Assembly: GCF_006345805.1 (NCBI RefSeq)
Contig: NC_043002.1
Span: 77,810,001 to 77,874,000, forward strand
From: Octopus sinensis
Lineage: Eukaryota
Length of the DNA: 64,000 nucleotides
Reading direction: 5' to 3'
The notes under the pieces were generated by a model. It was not told the DNA's origin and did no database searches. It saw only the letters and a program-made list of their open reading frames with translations. The position numbers and the translations under genes are program-made. This document shows, one piece after another, positions 1-13,295 of the stretch. Within the stretch, counting starts at the first letter, position 1; every line of letters begins with the position of its first letter.

Positions 1-1008
1 GGCACCAAAATTTTTAAGTGCTTAATCCAGCCCTGGCTAATAAATAAAAATAAATAATAAAACATACAGTTTACTATATATATATTAGAGAACAATAATT
101 GTTGGCAAATGCCAATCAGTGATTTAAGTTCAACAAGATTTCACATGTATGCATGTATGTCTATCACTGGTTGAAATTACTTCGATCATTTTGTAGAATT
201 GTTACCATTAATTAATAACTTAATTTCTTCATTTGTTTCCCTACCATGTCAAAAAAAAAATCTTGCAAAGAGTGCGGAAAGAAGAAAATCAAGACTTTAA
301 GCTGAACAGAAATTTTAATATCTTTGTAGTGTTTGATAATGTTAAAATGATTAGCTTGGTCTCTGATTCTGTACTTTTGACAATAAAGAAAAACAATACA
401 TACTAATGCTGTACTACTCGCAAGAGCAATAAATACACACAATTAGTGGATGAGTCTTGGATGAAAGTATAAAAGAAATTAGAAGATCAAATGCAAAAGC
501 AAAGACAATTATTTCAGTCAGGAAATGCTACAAGTTTATAAAGTAGCATATTGTGTGGAGGGGAAAAAAAAGTGGGGGTGAGACCAAGTCATATACTGAT
601 GCAGAGTTTAAAAAGGAATGCATTGCTAAAGTTGTAATATGCCAAATCTCCCTCATATCAAAACCTACCACCTTAAACAAGGATGAATACATCAAATGCA
701 GGTCATCATTGACTTACGACTACAATTGGTTCCAACGGACTGGTCATAAATTGATTTGGTCATAAGTCGGTCTATAGTCATGCATAGCTTTGTTTTATAT
801 TTTTACATTCTTAAGATGCATTCTTAAAAATATTTCATTACCAGGAACTACCCACCATCACAAATTATATGTGAAATTATATGCGAAATTATATGTGAAA
901 TTCCAAATATGGTTCATAGACTAAATATTATAAAATAAAATTATATGTGAAATTATAACTATATATAGCAAAAACTGTCCAATGAACGGCAACGTGAAAC
1001 TCAGAGTA

Positions 1009-1255
<247 letters not shown>

Positions 1256-1262
1256 TATATAT

Positions 1263-1876
1263 GGAATACAGGACAATATAATGGATTTCATACATAATTA
1301 TTATGGATTACTACAGAAGACTTACGAAGAAGGCACATATGAATTTCAAGATTCTCATACTAAAGTGTACTTACCAAAAATCAAAAGCAGTCATTTTTAA
1401 TTTTTAATTTATATTTCAAACAAACACAATTTTCCCATATTACTTCATAATTTTTTTAAAATACCATTTGTTAAATTATACAAATTTCACATTTGCTATT
1501 TCTGAGAAGCAGAAGAGTTATCTATAAATGCTTATCGATATAGGATTCCATTATTCTATATTATCTAAGTCTATGAATTATATTTGGAATACAGGACAAT
1601 ATAATGGATTTTACACATAACTATTATGGATTATTGCAGAAGACTTACCAAGGAAGCATATATGGATTTAAAGACTCTCATACTAAAGTGCCCTTACCAA
1701 AATCAAAAGCAGAAATTTTTAATTTTTAATTTACATTTCAAACAAATACCATTTTCCCATATTACTTCATATTTTTAAAAAACTACTATTCAATAAATTA
1801 TACAAATTTCATATTTTATATCTCTGAAGAGCAGAAGAGTTGTCTATAAATGCTTATCAATATAGGATTCCATTAT
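1263..1876 (+). repeat. Diverged tandem duplication of a ~290-bp unit, period ~323 bp
   Basis: ggaatacaggacaatataatggattt at 1263 and 1586; collinear through taggattccattat at ~1554 and ~1876. Confidence 0.9.
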
Positions 1877-2201
1877 AGGGACAGCACTTCTGTGAAACGA
1901 TCATAAGATACTCTAAAAACTTAATTCAAAACTTTTAAACTTTCATATTTATTATTATATATTTATACTTATACATATTTACATATATTTATAATTTTAA
2001 TACAACTATTATTTTACACAAGTATCTTTCTGGAGAATTTTCTAATATTGATTTCCTGGTATTAATAATAATATATTATTTAAAATATATATAATCGCTT
2101 GTATTAAATACATGAATACTTTAATAGTATTAATACTTTGATACAATAGAGCACTCAATATAAATTCAGTATATAATATTCTCATTGATTATATTTATAT
2201 C

Positions 2202-3205
2202 ACACACAGAAGAAGCCCTACAAAGGCTCATCAACTGTTTTGAGCAAGCATGTAACGACTTTGGCTTAGTTATCAGCCTCAAGAAGACCAACATCATGGG
2301 TCAGGCTACATTGGACATCCCAAACATACATATTGGAGACCACAGATTACAGGAGGTGGAGAAGTTTACCTATCTTGGCTCTACCGTCAGCTACAACCTA
2401 TCCCTTGATGCTGAGCTCAATATACGCATTGGCAAGGCAGCTGCTGTGATGGCCCAACTCTCCAAACGGGCATGGGACAACAATAAGCTGACCAAGACCA
2501 CAAAAATGAAGATTTACCAGGCATGTGTACTTAGCACTCTACTGTATGGAAGTGAGACTTGGACGCCATACACACGCCAAGAGCGTCGCCTAAATATCTT
2601 TCACCTGCGCTGCCTCCGGAAAATCTTTCGCATCAAATGGCAGAATCATGTCCCCAACAAAGATGTCCTCAAGCAAGCAGGAATACCAAGCATGTTTGCA
2701 CTCCTCACACAAAGACGTATGAGATGGCTTAGACATGTTAGTCATAGGGAAGATGGCAGAATCCCCAAGGACATACTCTACGGAGAGCTTGCTAGGGACA
2801 CTAGGTCTGTGGGAAGACCGTTCTTATGATACAAGGATGTTTGCAAAAGGGACATGAAGGCCTGCAACATCAATATTAGCAACTGGGAAGCAGTTGCCAG
2901 CAACCGTGGAGATTGGCGATGTACCGTAAAAGAAGGAACACAAAGGTTGACAGAGAGAGAGAGGAGAAATAGAAAGACAAGAAAAGACATCAACAAGAAA
3001 CAATGACTTTACAACCAGCCAGGAAAAGTCTTCGCTACATTTGCGGCACCTGCCAGAGGGAGTGTTTGTCCAGGATAGGACTACACAGCCACAGCAGGAA
3101 ATGTATTAGGACATGAAATGTAAAAGCCGGACTAGATTATTTTATGCACAACTCCATTGTCTCCCGAGACAAAAAGGATGCCAACAACAGGATGCCAACA
3201 ACAAC
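2202..3205 (+). mobile_element. 5'-truncated RTE-clade LINE (RT C-terminal part, C-terminal Cys/His motif, (CAA)n tail)
   Basis: ORF 2185-2829 has FTYLGS, LSTLLYGSETW, RLNIFHLRCLRKI, GRIPKDILYGEL, typical of RTE. The frame continues past TGA 2827 (YKDVCKRDMK...WEAVASNRGDWR). A shifted frame at 3033-3116 gives YICGTCQRECLSRIGLHSHSRKC. The element ends in ggatgccaacaac x2. Confidence 0.9.
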
Positions 3206-3218
3206 ATATATATATATA

Positions 3219-3587
3219 GGCGCAGGAGTGGCTGTGTGGTAAGTAGCTTGCTAACCAACCACATGGTTCCGGGTTCAGTCCCACTGCGTGGCATCTTGGG
3301 CAAGTGTCTTCTGCTATAGCCTCGGGCCGACCAAAGCCTTGTGAGTGGATTTGGTAGACGGAAACTGAAAGAAGCCTGTCGTATATATGTATATATATGT
3401 ATGTATGTGTGTGTATATGTTTGTCCCCGTCACTTAGCAGTTCGGCAAAAGAGACCGATAGAATAAGTACTGGGCTTACAAAAAAATAAGTCCCAGGGTC
3501 GATTTGCTCGACTAAAGGCGGTGCTCCAGCATGGCCGCAGTCAAATGACTGAAACAAGTAAAAAGAGTAAAAAGAGTAAAAAGAGTA
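3219..3587 (+). mobile_element. tRNA-derived SINE, family A (working name), full length
   Basis: A-box-like tggctgtgtggt, B-box-like ggttcagtccc, core caccttgggcaagtgtc, internal (TA/TG)n, tail (aaaaagagt)n; many other copies in the window. Confidence 0.9.
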
Positions 3588-3590
3588 TAT

Positions 3591-4315
3591 AAATTAAATA
3601 ATAAGGGCAGAAATTTATATTAATCAATTAAAACCAGTGGTGTAGCATATCTAAAAAATCCGAAGATTAAAAATTGTGTTACATAGAAAATTAAGAGGAA
3701 TGACCACTAAAGTGGACACCTAATATGCTAAACATAGACATCAAATCACCATTACCACAAAGAATGTGTTGTCAAGAAAAATCTCACCAAAATGCCAAAA
3801 TGTAAAAATGAGCAAGACAAATGAAAATATAGGAAATAAAAAAGAATTACCTACGTACCATAGTTTCACTTGTTAATATCTACGTATGCAAACATGCAGA
3901 TATCTGCAAGATTGTCAGCGTAGTCTGCCGCTTACAAAACACAATTTCCAGAACTAGATACAGAACGCTCAACCAAAATTGAGTATGTATAAAGTTCTAC
4001 AAATTATATTTGGGTGCATTTTTCAAATGTCTTCACTTTGGCGTGCTGAGGCTGGAAATTACTCTGCAGTTAATAAATTTCAGCAGCCAATTTACCGGTT
4101 AGAGAATGTTTTATATTTAAAATTAAATAATAAGGGTAGAAATTGATATTAATCAATTAAAACCAGTGGCGTAGCATATTTAAAAAATCTGAAGATTAAA
4201 AATTGTGTTACATACAAAATTAAGAGGAATGACCACTAAAGTGGACACCTAATATGCTAAACATAGACGTCAAATCACCATTACCACAAAGAATGTATTC
4301 TCAAGAAAAATCTTA
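3591..4315 (+). repeat. Direct repeat of ~195 bp (3591-3786 and 4120-4315), class unknown
   Basis: aaattaaataataaggg...aagaatgt..tcaagaaaaatct occurs twice, period 529 bp, few mismatches. Confidence 0.85.
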
Positions 4316-5381
4316 GTGAAATTTTGTATATATCTCTTATGATAAAAGACAGATTTTCTCTGCCTGTTCCCATGTTCCTTTTTAATACAATTCTACAATA
4401 TAGAATTTCTTCAATTGGAATTTACCTATGATTTTTCGAAGTAGATTCGATTGGGTCATAGCATATAAAGTTTTTTCAATTTGACCCCCAATTAAGCAAA
4501 AATTCGAGAAAACTCAATATTTTACGATTTGCCTCTCTCATTTCAAGTGGTTTACTCCTGCTATTACCACCACACTTTCTCCTACTTTCTCTTTGCAAGT
4601 GTGAAACTATTAAAGTGAAAGTATTATATAACAGGGATGAGCCATTAATAGTGGTCATCCTTTTTGCTAGAGGAAGATCCGCTATGGTCTTATATGCTAC
4701 ACCACTGGTTTTCAATTCATATTAACCAAATTAAAATTCAATTTTTCACCCTTATTATGTGTGTGTGTGTGTGTATTAGCAATTCGTATAAAATTGCATC
4801 AATGACTTGAACTTGAATAAGTGGTTTCACATAAATGGGGATAAATTAAAAAGGTTTGTTGTTATTATTATTACTGTTTGACTATTGTAATCACGTTTGT
4901 TGGTTCCTCGTCAGGGAAACGTTGTTGTGTTGCATTTGTTAAATAATTGTAATCCGTAACCCTCTCCCTTTCGGAGAAGGGGCTTTGGTTATTGTTTAAA
5001 AATTGAATTGTGTCCCTGTTTGGGGAAATTGACAATATTTTCACCGTCTTTACAGAAGCATTTTTGTTAAAATGCCTTCGATAGAAGAAAGTCCAAAAAT
5101 GAATTTCGCTGCAGCCGTACACTTCTATACAAGAGGGAGGACAAGATCCAATTGATCGAAATTGCAAGAGACAGGCCTACAATTCCAGTCTGTTATATAT
5201 TTTGAGTATTGTTATCACTAGCGATATCAAGATATAACTTTGTATTTTGTATTTTATGTGTAGATGTATATATATAGATGTACATGTAATATGTACACAT
5301 ATATATACACATATATACATGCATAATATATCTACTACCCATACACACATACGCACACACACACACATACACACATACATA

Positions 5382-5518
5382 GGGGCAGGTGTGGCTGTGT
5401 GGTAACAAACTACGTTCCAAACACATGGTCCTGGGTTCAGTCCCACTGTGTGGTGACTTGGCATGTGTCTTCTGCTGTAGCTTCAGACCAACAAAAGCCT
5501 TCTCAGTGGATTTTGTAC
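5382..5518 (+). mobile_element. SINE family A, 5' fragment
   Basis: ggggcaggtgtggctgtgtggtaa...gggttcagtcccactg matches the family A head. Confidence 0.8.
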
Positions 5519-5589
5519 ATATATACAGGCATACATACATACATATACATGCATACGTACATATTCGGCATAAACACTCTACCACTACA

Positions 5590-7438
5590 ACTAATAACTG
5601 TTGGGAACACTTTCCAAACCGGAATCTCAAAAACATTGTCCCCTTCAGTGCCAAGCTCAACTGCTCTATCCTGACATGGAGGGTATCAGCAATGAAATCT
5701 ATAACAAAACACTCATTGACGTTGAAGACAGAATTGCTAAACTGGGTGGAATTGAATTGTCGACGTATGGCCTGCCACAAGCATTCAGGTCAGGGTCAAA
5801 TAGCCTTCCCACTGCTGTCATTCGTGAAACAACCTACGACACTCAAGTGCTTTCAAAGTACATTGTTGAAAATGAGCCTAAATTACTTCCGGACCAGCTG
5901 CAGGCCAACAGAACTATTCTTAACAGTGTACGCCAACGCAAGGGACAAATCTTCTTCCTCGATGCTCCTGGAGGGATAGGAAAAACATTTATTACAAAGC
6001 TTCTCCTTGCAGAAGTTAGGTAGCATCAGGACATTGCAGTAGCTGTAGCCTCCTCTGGCATTGCAGCTACTTTGTTACCCGGTGGCAGGACAGCACACTC
6101 AACTTTTAAACTCCCTCTCAATTTAGCAGCATCCGAAATGCCTTCATGCAACATCAACAAAAGCTCAGATCAGGGACAAGTACTTAAAATGTGTTATGTA
6201 ATTGTCTGGGATGAGTGCACTATGGCTCACAAGGGAGCTTTGGAAGCATTAGATAGAGCCCTGAAAGACATCCGAGATTGTCAGGCTCCAATGGGAGGTG
6301 TAACGCTTCTGTTGTCAGGTGATTTCAGGCAAACTCTTCCTGTCATTCCGAAAGGCACTAGAGCTGATGAAGTTCAAGCATGCCTAAAGTCCTCTACCCT
6401 GTGGCATCATGTTACAATCTTTAGTCTCACCACGAACATGAGAGCTCAGCTACACGGCGACAAAATGTCCACAAAGTTTGCACAGGACATTTTGACACTT
6501 GGTGAAGGCAAGATGCCTCTTGATGCTGCAGGACAAATGGAAGTGTGGTCATTTTCCTCTGTTGTTAATTCTGTAGATGACCTCAAAAACAAAGTCTTTC
6601 CCAACTTCACACAAAACTCCCAAAATAACAATTGGCTGTGTGAAAGAGCAATATTAGCTCCAAAAAACGTCGTTGTTAACAAAATTAATCAACAGCTAAT
6701 GCATTCTCTTCCCGGCACTATACACACTTACAAGTCTGTTGATACAATTCCAGATATAAATGAAGTTGTGAACTATCCTCCTGAATTTCTCAATTCACTG
6801 GAGCCTCCTCGACTACCTCCACACATATTACCACTTAAAGTTGGAACTCCTGTAATGCTACTCCGCAATCTGGAACCACCAAGACTTTGCAATGGAACAC
6901 GACTGGTGATAAAGAAAATGATATCACACGTTATCGAGGCGATCATTCTTTCTGGATGTGGAAAAGGTGATGACGTCTTTATTCCAAGATTTCCTCTTAC
7001 TCCATCAGGAGCAGAAATTCCATTTACATTCAGAAGACTGCAATTCCCCCTTCATGTCAGCTTTGCCATGTCCATTAACAAATCTCAGGGTCAAACCCTC
7101 TCTGTAGCTGGTCTTCTCTTGGAAGAGCCCTGCTTCTCACATAGGCAACTGTATGTTGGCTGCTCAAGAGTAGGAACCAAAAGAAACCTTTTTGTATATA
7201 CTCCACAAAGAAAAACAAGGAACATTATTTACAACGAGGTGCTATAATCTCAACAGCCAGGAGGTATATACATGATCCCCTTTCTTTTAACAAACTTCAT
7301 GTACTTTCATGTAATTATATTAATATACATATATTTGTGTGTGTGTGTGTGTGTGTGTGTATCCATATATATATATATAACAGAAAAGTCTAATTCTTCT
7401 ATTGAATATAACCGGGCAACGCCGGGTATCTCTACTAG
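5590..7438 (+). mobile_element. Helitron, 5'-truncated: PIF1-like helicase region plus 3' hairpin and CTAG terminus
   Basis: FFLDAPGGIGKTF (Walker A), GGRTAHSTFKLPL, IVWDECTM, LLSGDFRQTLPV, RLCNGTRL, FAMSINKSQGQTL, QLYVGCSRV. 3' end accgggcaacgccgggt (7411-7427) followed by CTAG (7435-7438) then T. Confidence 0.93.
5601..7247 (+). pseudogene. Helitron RepHel helicase reading frame with one in-frame TAG (6021-6023)
   Basis: ORFs 5601-6023 and 6072-7247 are in the same frame, separated only by TAG and the bridge HQDIAVAVASSGIAATL. Confidence 0.88.
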
Positions 7439-7518
7439 TATATATATATATAGATAGATAGATATATATAGATAGATAGATAGATAGATAGATAGACAGA
7501 TAGATTTTTATTTATATA

Positions 7519-7590
<72 letters not shown>

Positions 7591-7610
7591 GAATGAGTGT
7601 GTGTGTGTGT
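7439..7610. repeat. (TA)n/(GATA)n microsatellite at the Helitron 3' flank
   Basis: Direct reading. Confidence 0.9.
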
Positions 7611-7981
7611 ACTGTAGATGTTGTCTTTAACTTCCTTAACCTAGTCGGTATTTTTAACAGATTACACTGATCTATTTTTAATGAAGGTGTCAGAGATAAA
7701 CATTATGTCTAAAGTACAGACACATTTCAATATTTACAAACTTCTGACATTGTTTTAATTATAGTTTCTATATTTACAAATATTACACACACACACACAC
7801 ACACGCACAAATAAATTAGCGGACAGTTATCTACACATATCTACATACATACTCACATGTGTACACAGATATACATACACATACAAATGCACACTTTTCC
7901 ACATTTTCAAGCATGATACTAGCATACATACATATACATACACCTTCTCTCTTCCTCCCTCTCTCTCTCTCTCTCTCTCTC

Positions 7982-8012
<31 letters not shown>

Positions 8013-8371
8013 CTACCTCTTCTCTGTTACTCTGTCACTCTCCCACCATACACACATATATATCTACACCCATATTTATATACACACCTACACAAACATT
8101 CTTATATACATACCTTGAAGCACACTCACACACTTGCTCATATGCATGAATTATATAAGCATCTATGAAAGTATGTGCATACTTAAGTATATACATACAT
8201 ATGTATGTGCATGCAAGTGTATATATGTAGGTATGTATGTACGTAAGTATGTATGTATGTCATTATTCAGTTTGTTTTAAGATTTCTTGCTATTAGAGAA
8301 AGAACTGGTTTCTAACCTAGATCCAAGGCTCCTTCATTGGAATTTCAACATCAACAACAGGGTATGTTTGT

Positions 8372-8486
8372 TGTATGTATGTATGTATGTATGTATGTAT
8401 GTATGTATGTATGTATGTGCAGATTTGTATGTTTTGTGTATGTGTTCTCATGCATATAGTTGCATATCTAGACATGCTCATATATT

Positions 8487-8518
<32 letters not shown>

Positions 8519-9082
8519 TGTATGTATGTATGCATGAATGTATGTATGTATGTATGTATGTATGCATGTATGTATGTATGTATGTATGTTTGTATGTATG
8601 TATGTATGTATGTATGTATGTATGTATGCATGTATGTATGCATGTATGTATGTATGTATGTATGTATGTATGTATGTATGTATGTTTGTATGTATGTATG
8701 TATGTATGTATGTATGTATGTATGCATGAATGTATGTATGTATGTATGTATGTATGTATGTATGTATGCATATATGTATGCATGTATGTATGCATGTGTT
8801 TCTTTTACAACCTTGCAGCCAAGCAGGTGGCCAATAAAAATGAACTTCAAATCACTAATCAGGAGAAAGCACATGCATATGAATGTATATGCATGCATTA
8901 AACATTTATGCATATACACTTACATGCAGATACACATACATTCATATGTACATATGTACACATATATACATGCATACATACACACATATCTACATACCTA
9001 TGCATGTATGTACACCATCCACACACATACAAACATTTATATGTACATACATACGCATAGATATGAACACACACATACAAAG

Positions 9083-9129
<47 letters not shown>

Positions 9130-9355
9130 TACATACATAGATGCATGCATGCAAACATACATATGCATGGTTGCACACATGCACACATATGAACACACAC
9201 ATACATATGTACATACATATGTATATACATACACACATACACATACATACATACATCTGTACATACATACATACATACAAACATACATGCATATAAGCAT
9301 ACATACATATATGCATTCACACACACATACATATACAGGCATGCATGCATACATA
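8372..9355. repeat. (TATG)n array (8372-8795) and opposed degenerate (CATA/CA)n array (~8900-9355)
   Basis: Direct reading; this is the source of the spurious MYVC/HTYI ORFs. Confidence 0.93.
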
Positions 9356-10012
9356 CAACCTCCAAGAAATTCAGTTAAATAATTTCAAATTAGAAGCATG
9401 AGTTAGAGTCAAGAGGTCTGAGACAGAAAATGGCAGATAGTAAAGGACTAATTAGAAGCAAAAAATATTATATATCTTAGTAGCATCTCCAAAGTGATTA
9501 GTATTTAGTCATTATTTAGGATAACAGGAGAAAGTAGGAACTCAGTGATTTGTATTTTGTGCAAATGATGTGATGTTGCTGTTTAGCCCTTGGTTAAATC
9601 TCATTAAGCAAAATTATGATCAAATACAATCCAGCCTTGAATACTCCATCTTTTTAGGGATATACAGGACTGCTGCTTCATTAAGATCAAAGTTTCAGAT
9701 ACTTCTATTTGATGAGACATAATATGTCAAAATATCAGTCTCCCAGAATCCCTTGAGCCAATGAGCTGAGTGTATTATGAACACACTGTCATCATTATAA
9801 AAGCAAGAAGTTCTTCACCCGTGACATACACAACAGCAACTAGCATATTTGCATTTGAATCTGTCAGAATGTATAAAGAATAAATATACAAATCATCATT
9901 TCATTATCTAATCTCTGTCCTTTCCTTTAACCAATTAGCATTCAGATTATTCTGTCAAATGAAATACTTATTTATTCAAATTATTCTTAATTAATTATAC
10001 ATTATAAGCAAA

Positions 10013-10640
10013 GGTGTAGTTGTGTAGTAAGAAGCATATTAAGGTGGTGTGCTGGCAGAATCGTTAGCGTGCTGGGTGAAATGCTTAGCAGTATTTCGTC
10101 TGCCATTACGTTCTGAGTTCAAATTCCGCTGAGTTCGACTTTGCCTTTCATCCTTTCGGGGTCGATAAATTAAGTACCAGTTACACACTGGGTCGATGTA
10201 ATCGACTTAATCCCTTTGTCTGTCCTTGTTTGTCTCCTCTATGTTTAGCCCCTTGTGGGCAATAAAGAAATAAGAAGCTTGTTTTTCAGCCGCATGGTTC
10301 CAGGTACAGTCCCACTGCGTGACACCTTGGGCAAGTGTCTTCTACTATAGCTTAGGACCAACTAAAGCTTTGTGAGTGGATTTGGTAGCCGGAAACTGAA
10401 AGAAGCCAGTCACACACACACATACACACACATATATGTGTCTTTGTGTCTGAGTTTGTCTCCTACCACTGCTTGACAACCGGTGTTGGTGTGTTTACAT
10501 CCCTGTAACTTAGCAGTTCAGCAAAAGAGCTGATGGAACAAGTACCAGGCTTTAAAAAATAATTTGTTCAACTAAAACCCTTCAAGGTGGTGTCCCAGCA
10601 TGGTCACATTTAAAAATGACTAAAATAAGTAAAAGATAAT
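10013..10640 (+). mobile_element. SINE family A interrupted by a SINE family B copy (10036-10270)
   Basis: Head ggtgtagttgtgtagtaagaagc resumes at 10271 as taagaagcttg...catggttccagg; taagaagc is duplicated at 10028-10035 and 10271-10278. Confidence 0.85.
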
Positions 10641-11100
10641 AGATAAAAGCTGTTACACAGCATTAAGATTTCAATGATGTGATCGTTTATTTTCAGAATG
10701 ACATTGTAGGATAGGTGTGAGAAGCCAGATCTGGTCAGTTTCAACATAAAACAAGGAGAATATTTGAACCAGATATGGCTTGTTTAAATGCCAAAAGGTT
10801 AACACTTTCAATACAAAACCTCCTGAGATTTCCAGACTTAAAGTGATTAGAATTAAAACTTTCCATCAAAATTTCATACTAATTTGTTTCAAATAAAATA
10901 AATAAAGGTGGTGCTCCAGCATGGCCGCAGTCAAATGACTGAAACAAGTAAAAGAGTAAAGAGAGAATATATATGTGTATATTTATGCATCTATACAGAT
11001 GTATATCATCATCTTCTTAACAACCACCATCATCATCATATATGTATGCATATATATACACATATATATAAGTGCTTCTGTTTTTCTTTTACTGTTGAAC

Positions 11101-11356
11101 AAATAAATAAATGCGCCCTTTTAAAGCCTAGCCAGGCTCATGGGCCCGGTTTCCTGGTTTCAATGGCGTATGTGTTCCCCAGCTGGACAGGACGCCAGTC
11201 CATCGCAGCGTTACTCACTTTCGTCAGCTGAGTGAACTGGAGCAACATGAAAAGAAGTGTTTTGCTCAAGAACACAATACGTCGCCCGGTCCAGGAATCA
11301 AAACCACAATCTTACGATCGTGATGCTGACACCCTAACCACTAAGCCACACACCTC
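11101..11356 (-). mobile_element. tRNA-derived SINE, family C
   Basis: Minus strand reads gaggtgtgtggcttagtggttagggtgtcagc...gattcctggaccggg...tgtgttcttgagcaaaacac; plus-strand relatives at 59810 and 62520. Confidence 0.8.
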
Positions 11357-11652
11357 TACAATTTGTTTCAAAAACCAGGTCAATAATGACAAAAGCAAAT
11401 TTTCATTTCACTAAATTTGTCATTATTTTCAAAATTAAATGGAGTTAAAGCAGTGTATTTCAATAGAAATATGGTAAAAGCAGTTATGTGATTTGAGAGA
11501 ACCGAGCTGCTTTATCTAGCAGGTCAAGTAACTGAGCAAAGGCTCTTTCATTGTGCCATTTGTGCAGTTGTTGCTGAGCCCTAGATCAACCCCCATCAAG
11601 CAGACCTATGACCAAAGGAAAGCATTCCAGTAATGACCATCCTGTCTTTTTC

Positions 11653-11810
11653 GTATGGCTGTGTGGTAAGTAGCTTGCTTACAAACCACATGGTTCCAGG
11701 TTCAGTCCCACTGCATGACACCTTGGGCAATTGTCTTCTACTATAGCCTCGGGCCAACAAAAGCCTTGTGAGTGGATTTGGTAGACAGAAACTGAAAGAA
11801 GCCCGTCGTA

Positions 11811-11905
<95 letters not shown>

Positions 11906-12101
11906 GTTTGTGTGACTGTGTTTCCCCCCCCCCCACATCGCTTGACAACCGATGCTGGTGTGTTTACGTTCCTGTAACTTAGCGGTTCAGCAAAAGAGGC
12001 TAATATAATAAGTACTAGGCATACAAAGAATAAGTCCTGGAGTCGATTTGTTCGACTAAAGGTCAGCATGGCCACAGTCAAATGACTGAAACAAGTAAAA
12101 G
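11653..12101 (+). mobile_element. SINE family A with expanded internal (TA)n
   Basis: Collinear with 3219-3587. Confidence 0.85.
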
Positions 12102-13295
12102 TGGGATCCAAGCTCTAGTTTATCTTATGTGTTCTTTTTTAAGAGGGCGTGATTTGAACAATTTGGTTGTTTTTTCTAGTAGATTGAATTACAACATGGA
12201 GGCACTTTTATTGATTTCTTGTTGTTGAAGTTGTTGTTGGTGGTGGTGGTGGTGGTGGCGGTGGCGGTGGTGGTGGTGGCGATGGCGGTGGTGGTGGTGG
12301 CGGTGGCGGTGGTGTAATGTTGTTTTCTATTACAGCTGCTGTTGTCACTATTTAACCGCAGGTCAGTCCTAATGTAGCAAACCCACAAAGGAATTCCACT
12401 CATGACCATACCATCTTTTCCTCAGATACAATGTTATCTAGAATTACATCATCCAATGTATTGTCACATTTTTTTTAGTGAGTATGATTTAAAGGAGATT
12501 TAGCTATTATTTTTAGCATGTTGAGAGACCACACAGAGGCTTGCTCAATGGTTCATTGTCAATGGTGGTTGTGGTAGCATTTTCTGCTGCTGCTGTATGT
12601 GTGCATGCAAATGTGCATGACAACTGATATCCTACATTCGTCACCACTTGATCAGAACAGTGATGATGTTTACATGCCTTGTTGACATTATGGCTGGTCT
12701 CTCTGTACTTTAAAAATACTCTGGAATAAAATATGCTTTACTTGAAAAACCCGGGTAAAGGTTAGTGACAGAGCATTTGGTTACAAAATCCTGACTCAAA
12801 TAACTTCCCATCTGAGCAATGCTAAACTGGGAAAAGAGACATTAAGCAAATGGATAAATAAATGAACATTGTCATGGGGTTTGAGGCAGATTCAGCTGCT
12901 ACTTCTAGCAGGTCAAGTTATCATTTACAGGTTTCCTCTAAATACAATGAAACGGTCTCCTATTGTTTTCTTTTTTAAACTTATTGAATTTAAGCTCAAT
13001 GCTGGAACAGTTTTCCTCTTAATTTTGTTGGTGTTGAATCCCCCAACCTTTTCTTTTTATATTCAGACAATAGTGTGTCAGGGTTATCTGGCTTTTATCT
13101 CTAGCATATCAAGTGACTAAATTGAGACTTTTCCCAACAATTTGACCATCCAATTGTTATTTGATTTCAGCTCAGCTTTGAGTAGAATTACAGTCAAAAA
13201 GTTCCAGCTTTTGATCAAAGATCTCTACTCATTGTGGTCCATTAGCACTATTTTAGTAATGCTTATGGACCACCATGTCCACTAGCACAACATTA

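Noticed and set aside
553-765. ORF with SYTDAEFKKEC, faintly like a transposase helix-turn-helix start
   Set aside because: Only a few residues are similar, and no transposase body or terminal repeats are visible.
4880-4930. Minus-strand CTGACGA motif as a third hammerhead
   Set aside because: The second core reads CAAAC rather than GAAAC, and stems II and III cannot be formed convincingly.
8282-8361. Plus-strand exon candidate FLLLEKELVSNLDPRLLHWNFNINNR between microsatellite blocks
   Set aside because: Splice-like ends exist, but the acceptor is ambiguous, the peptide is unrecognisable and there are no supporting neighbouring exons.
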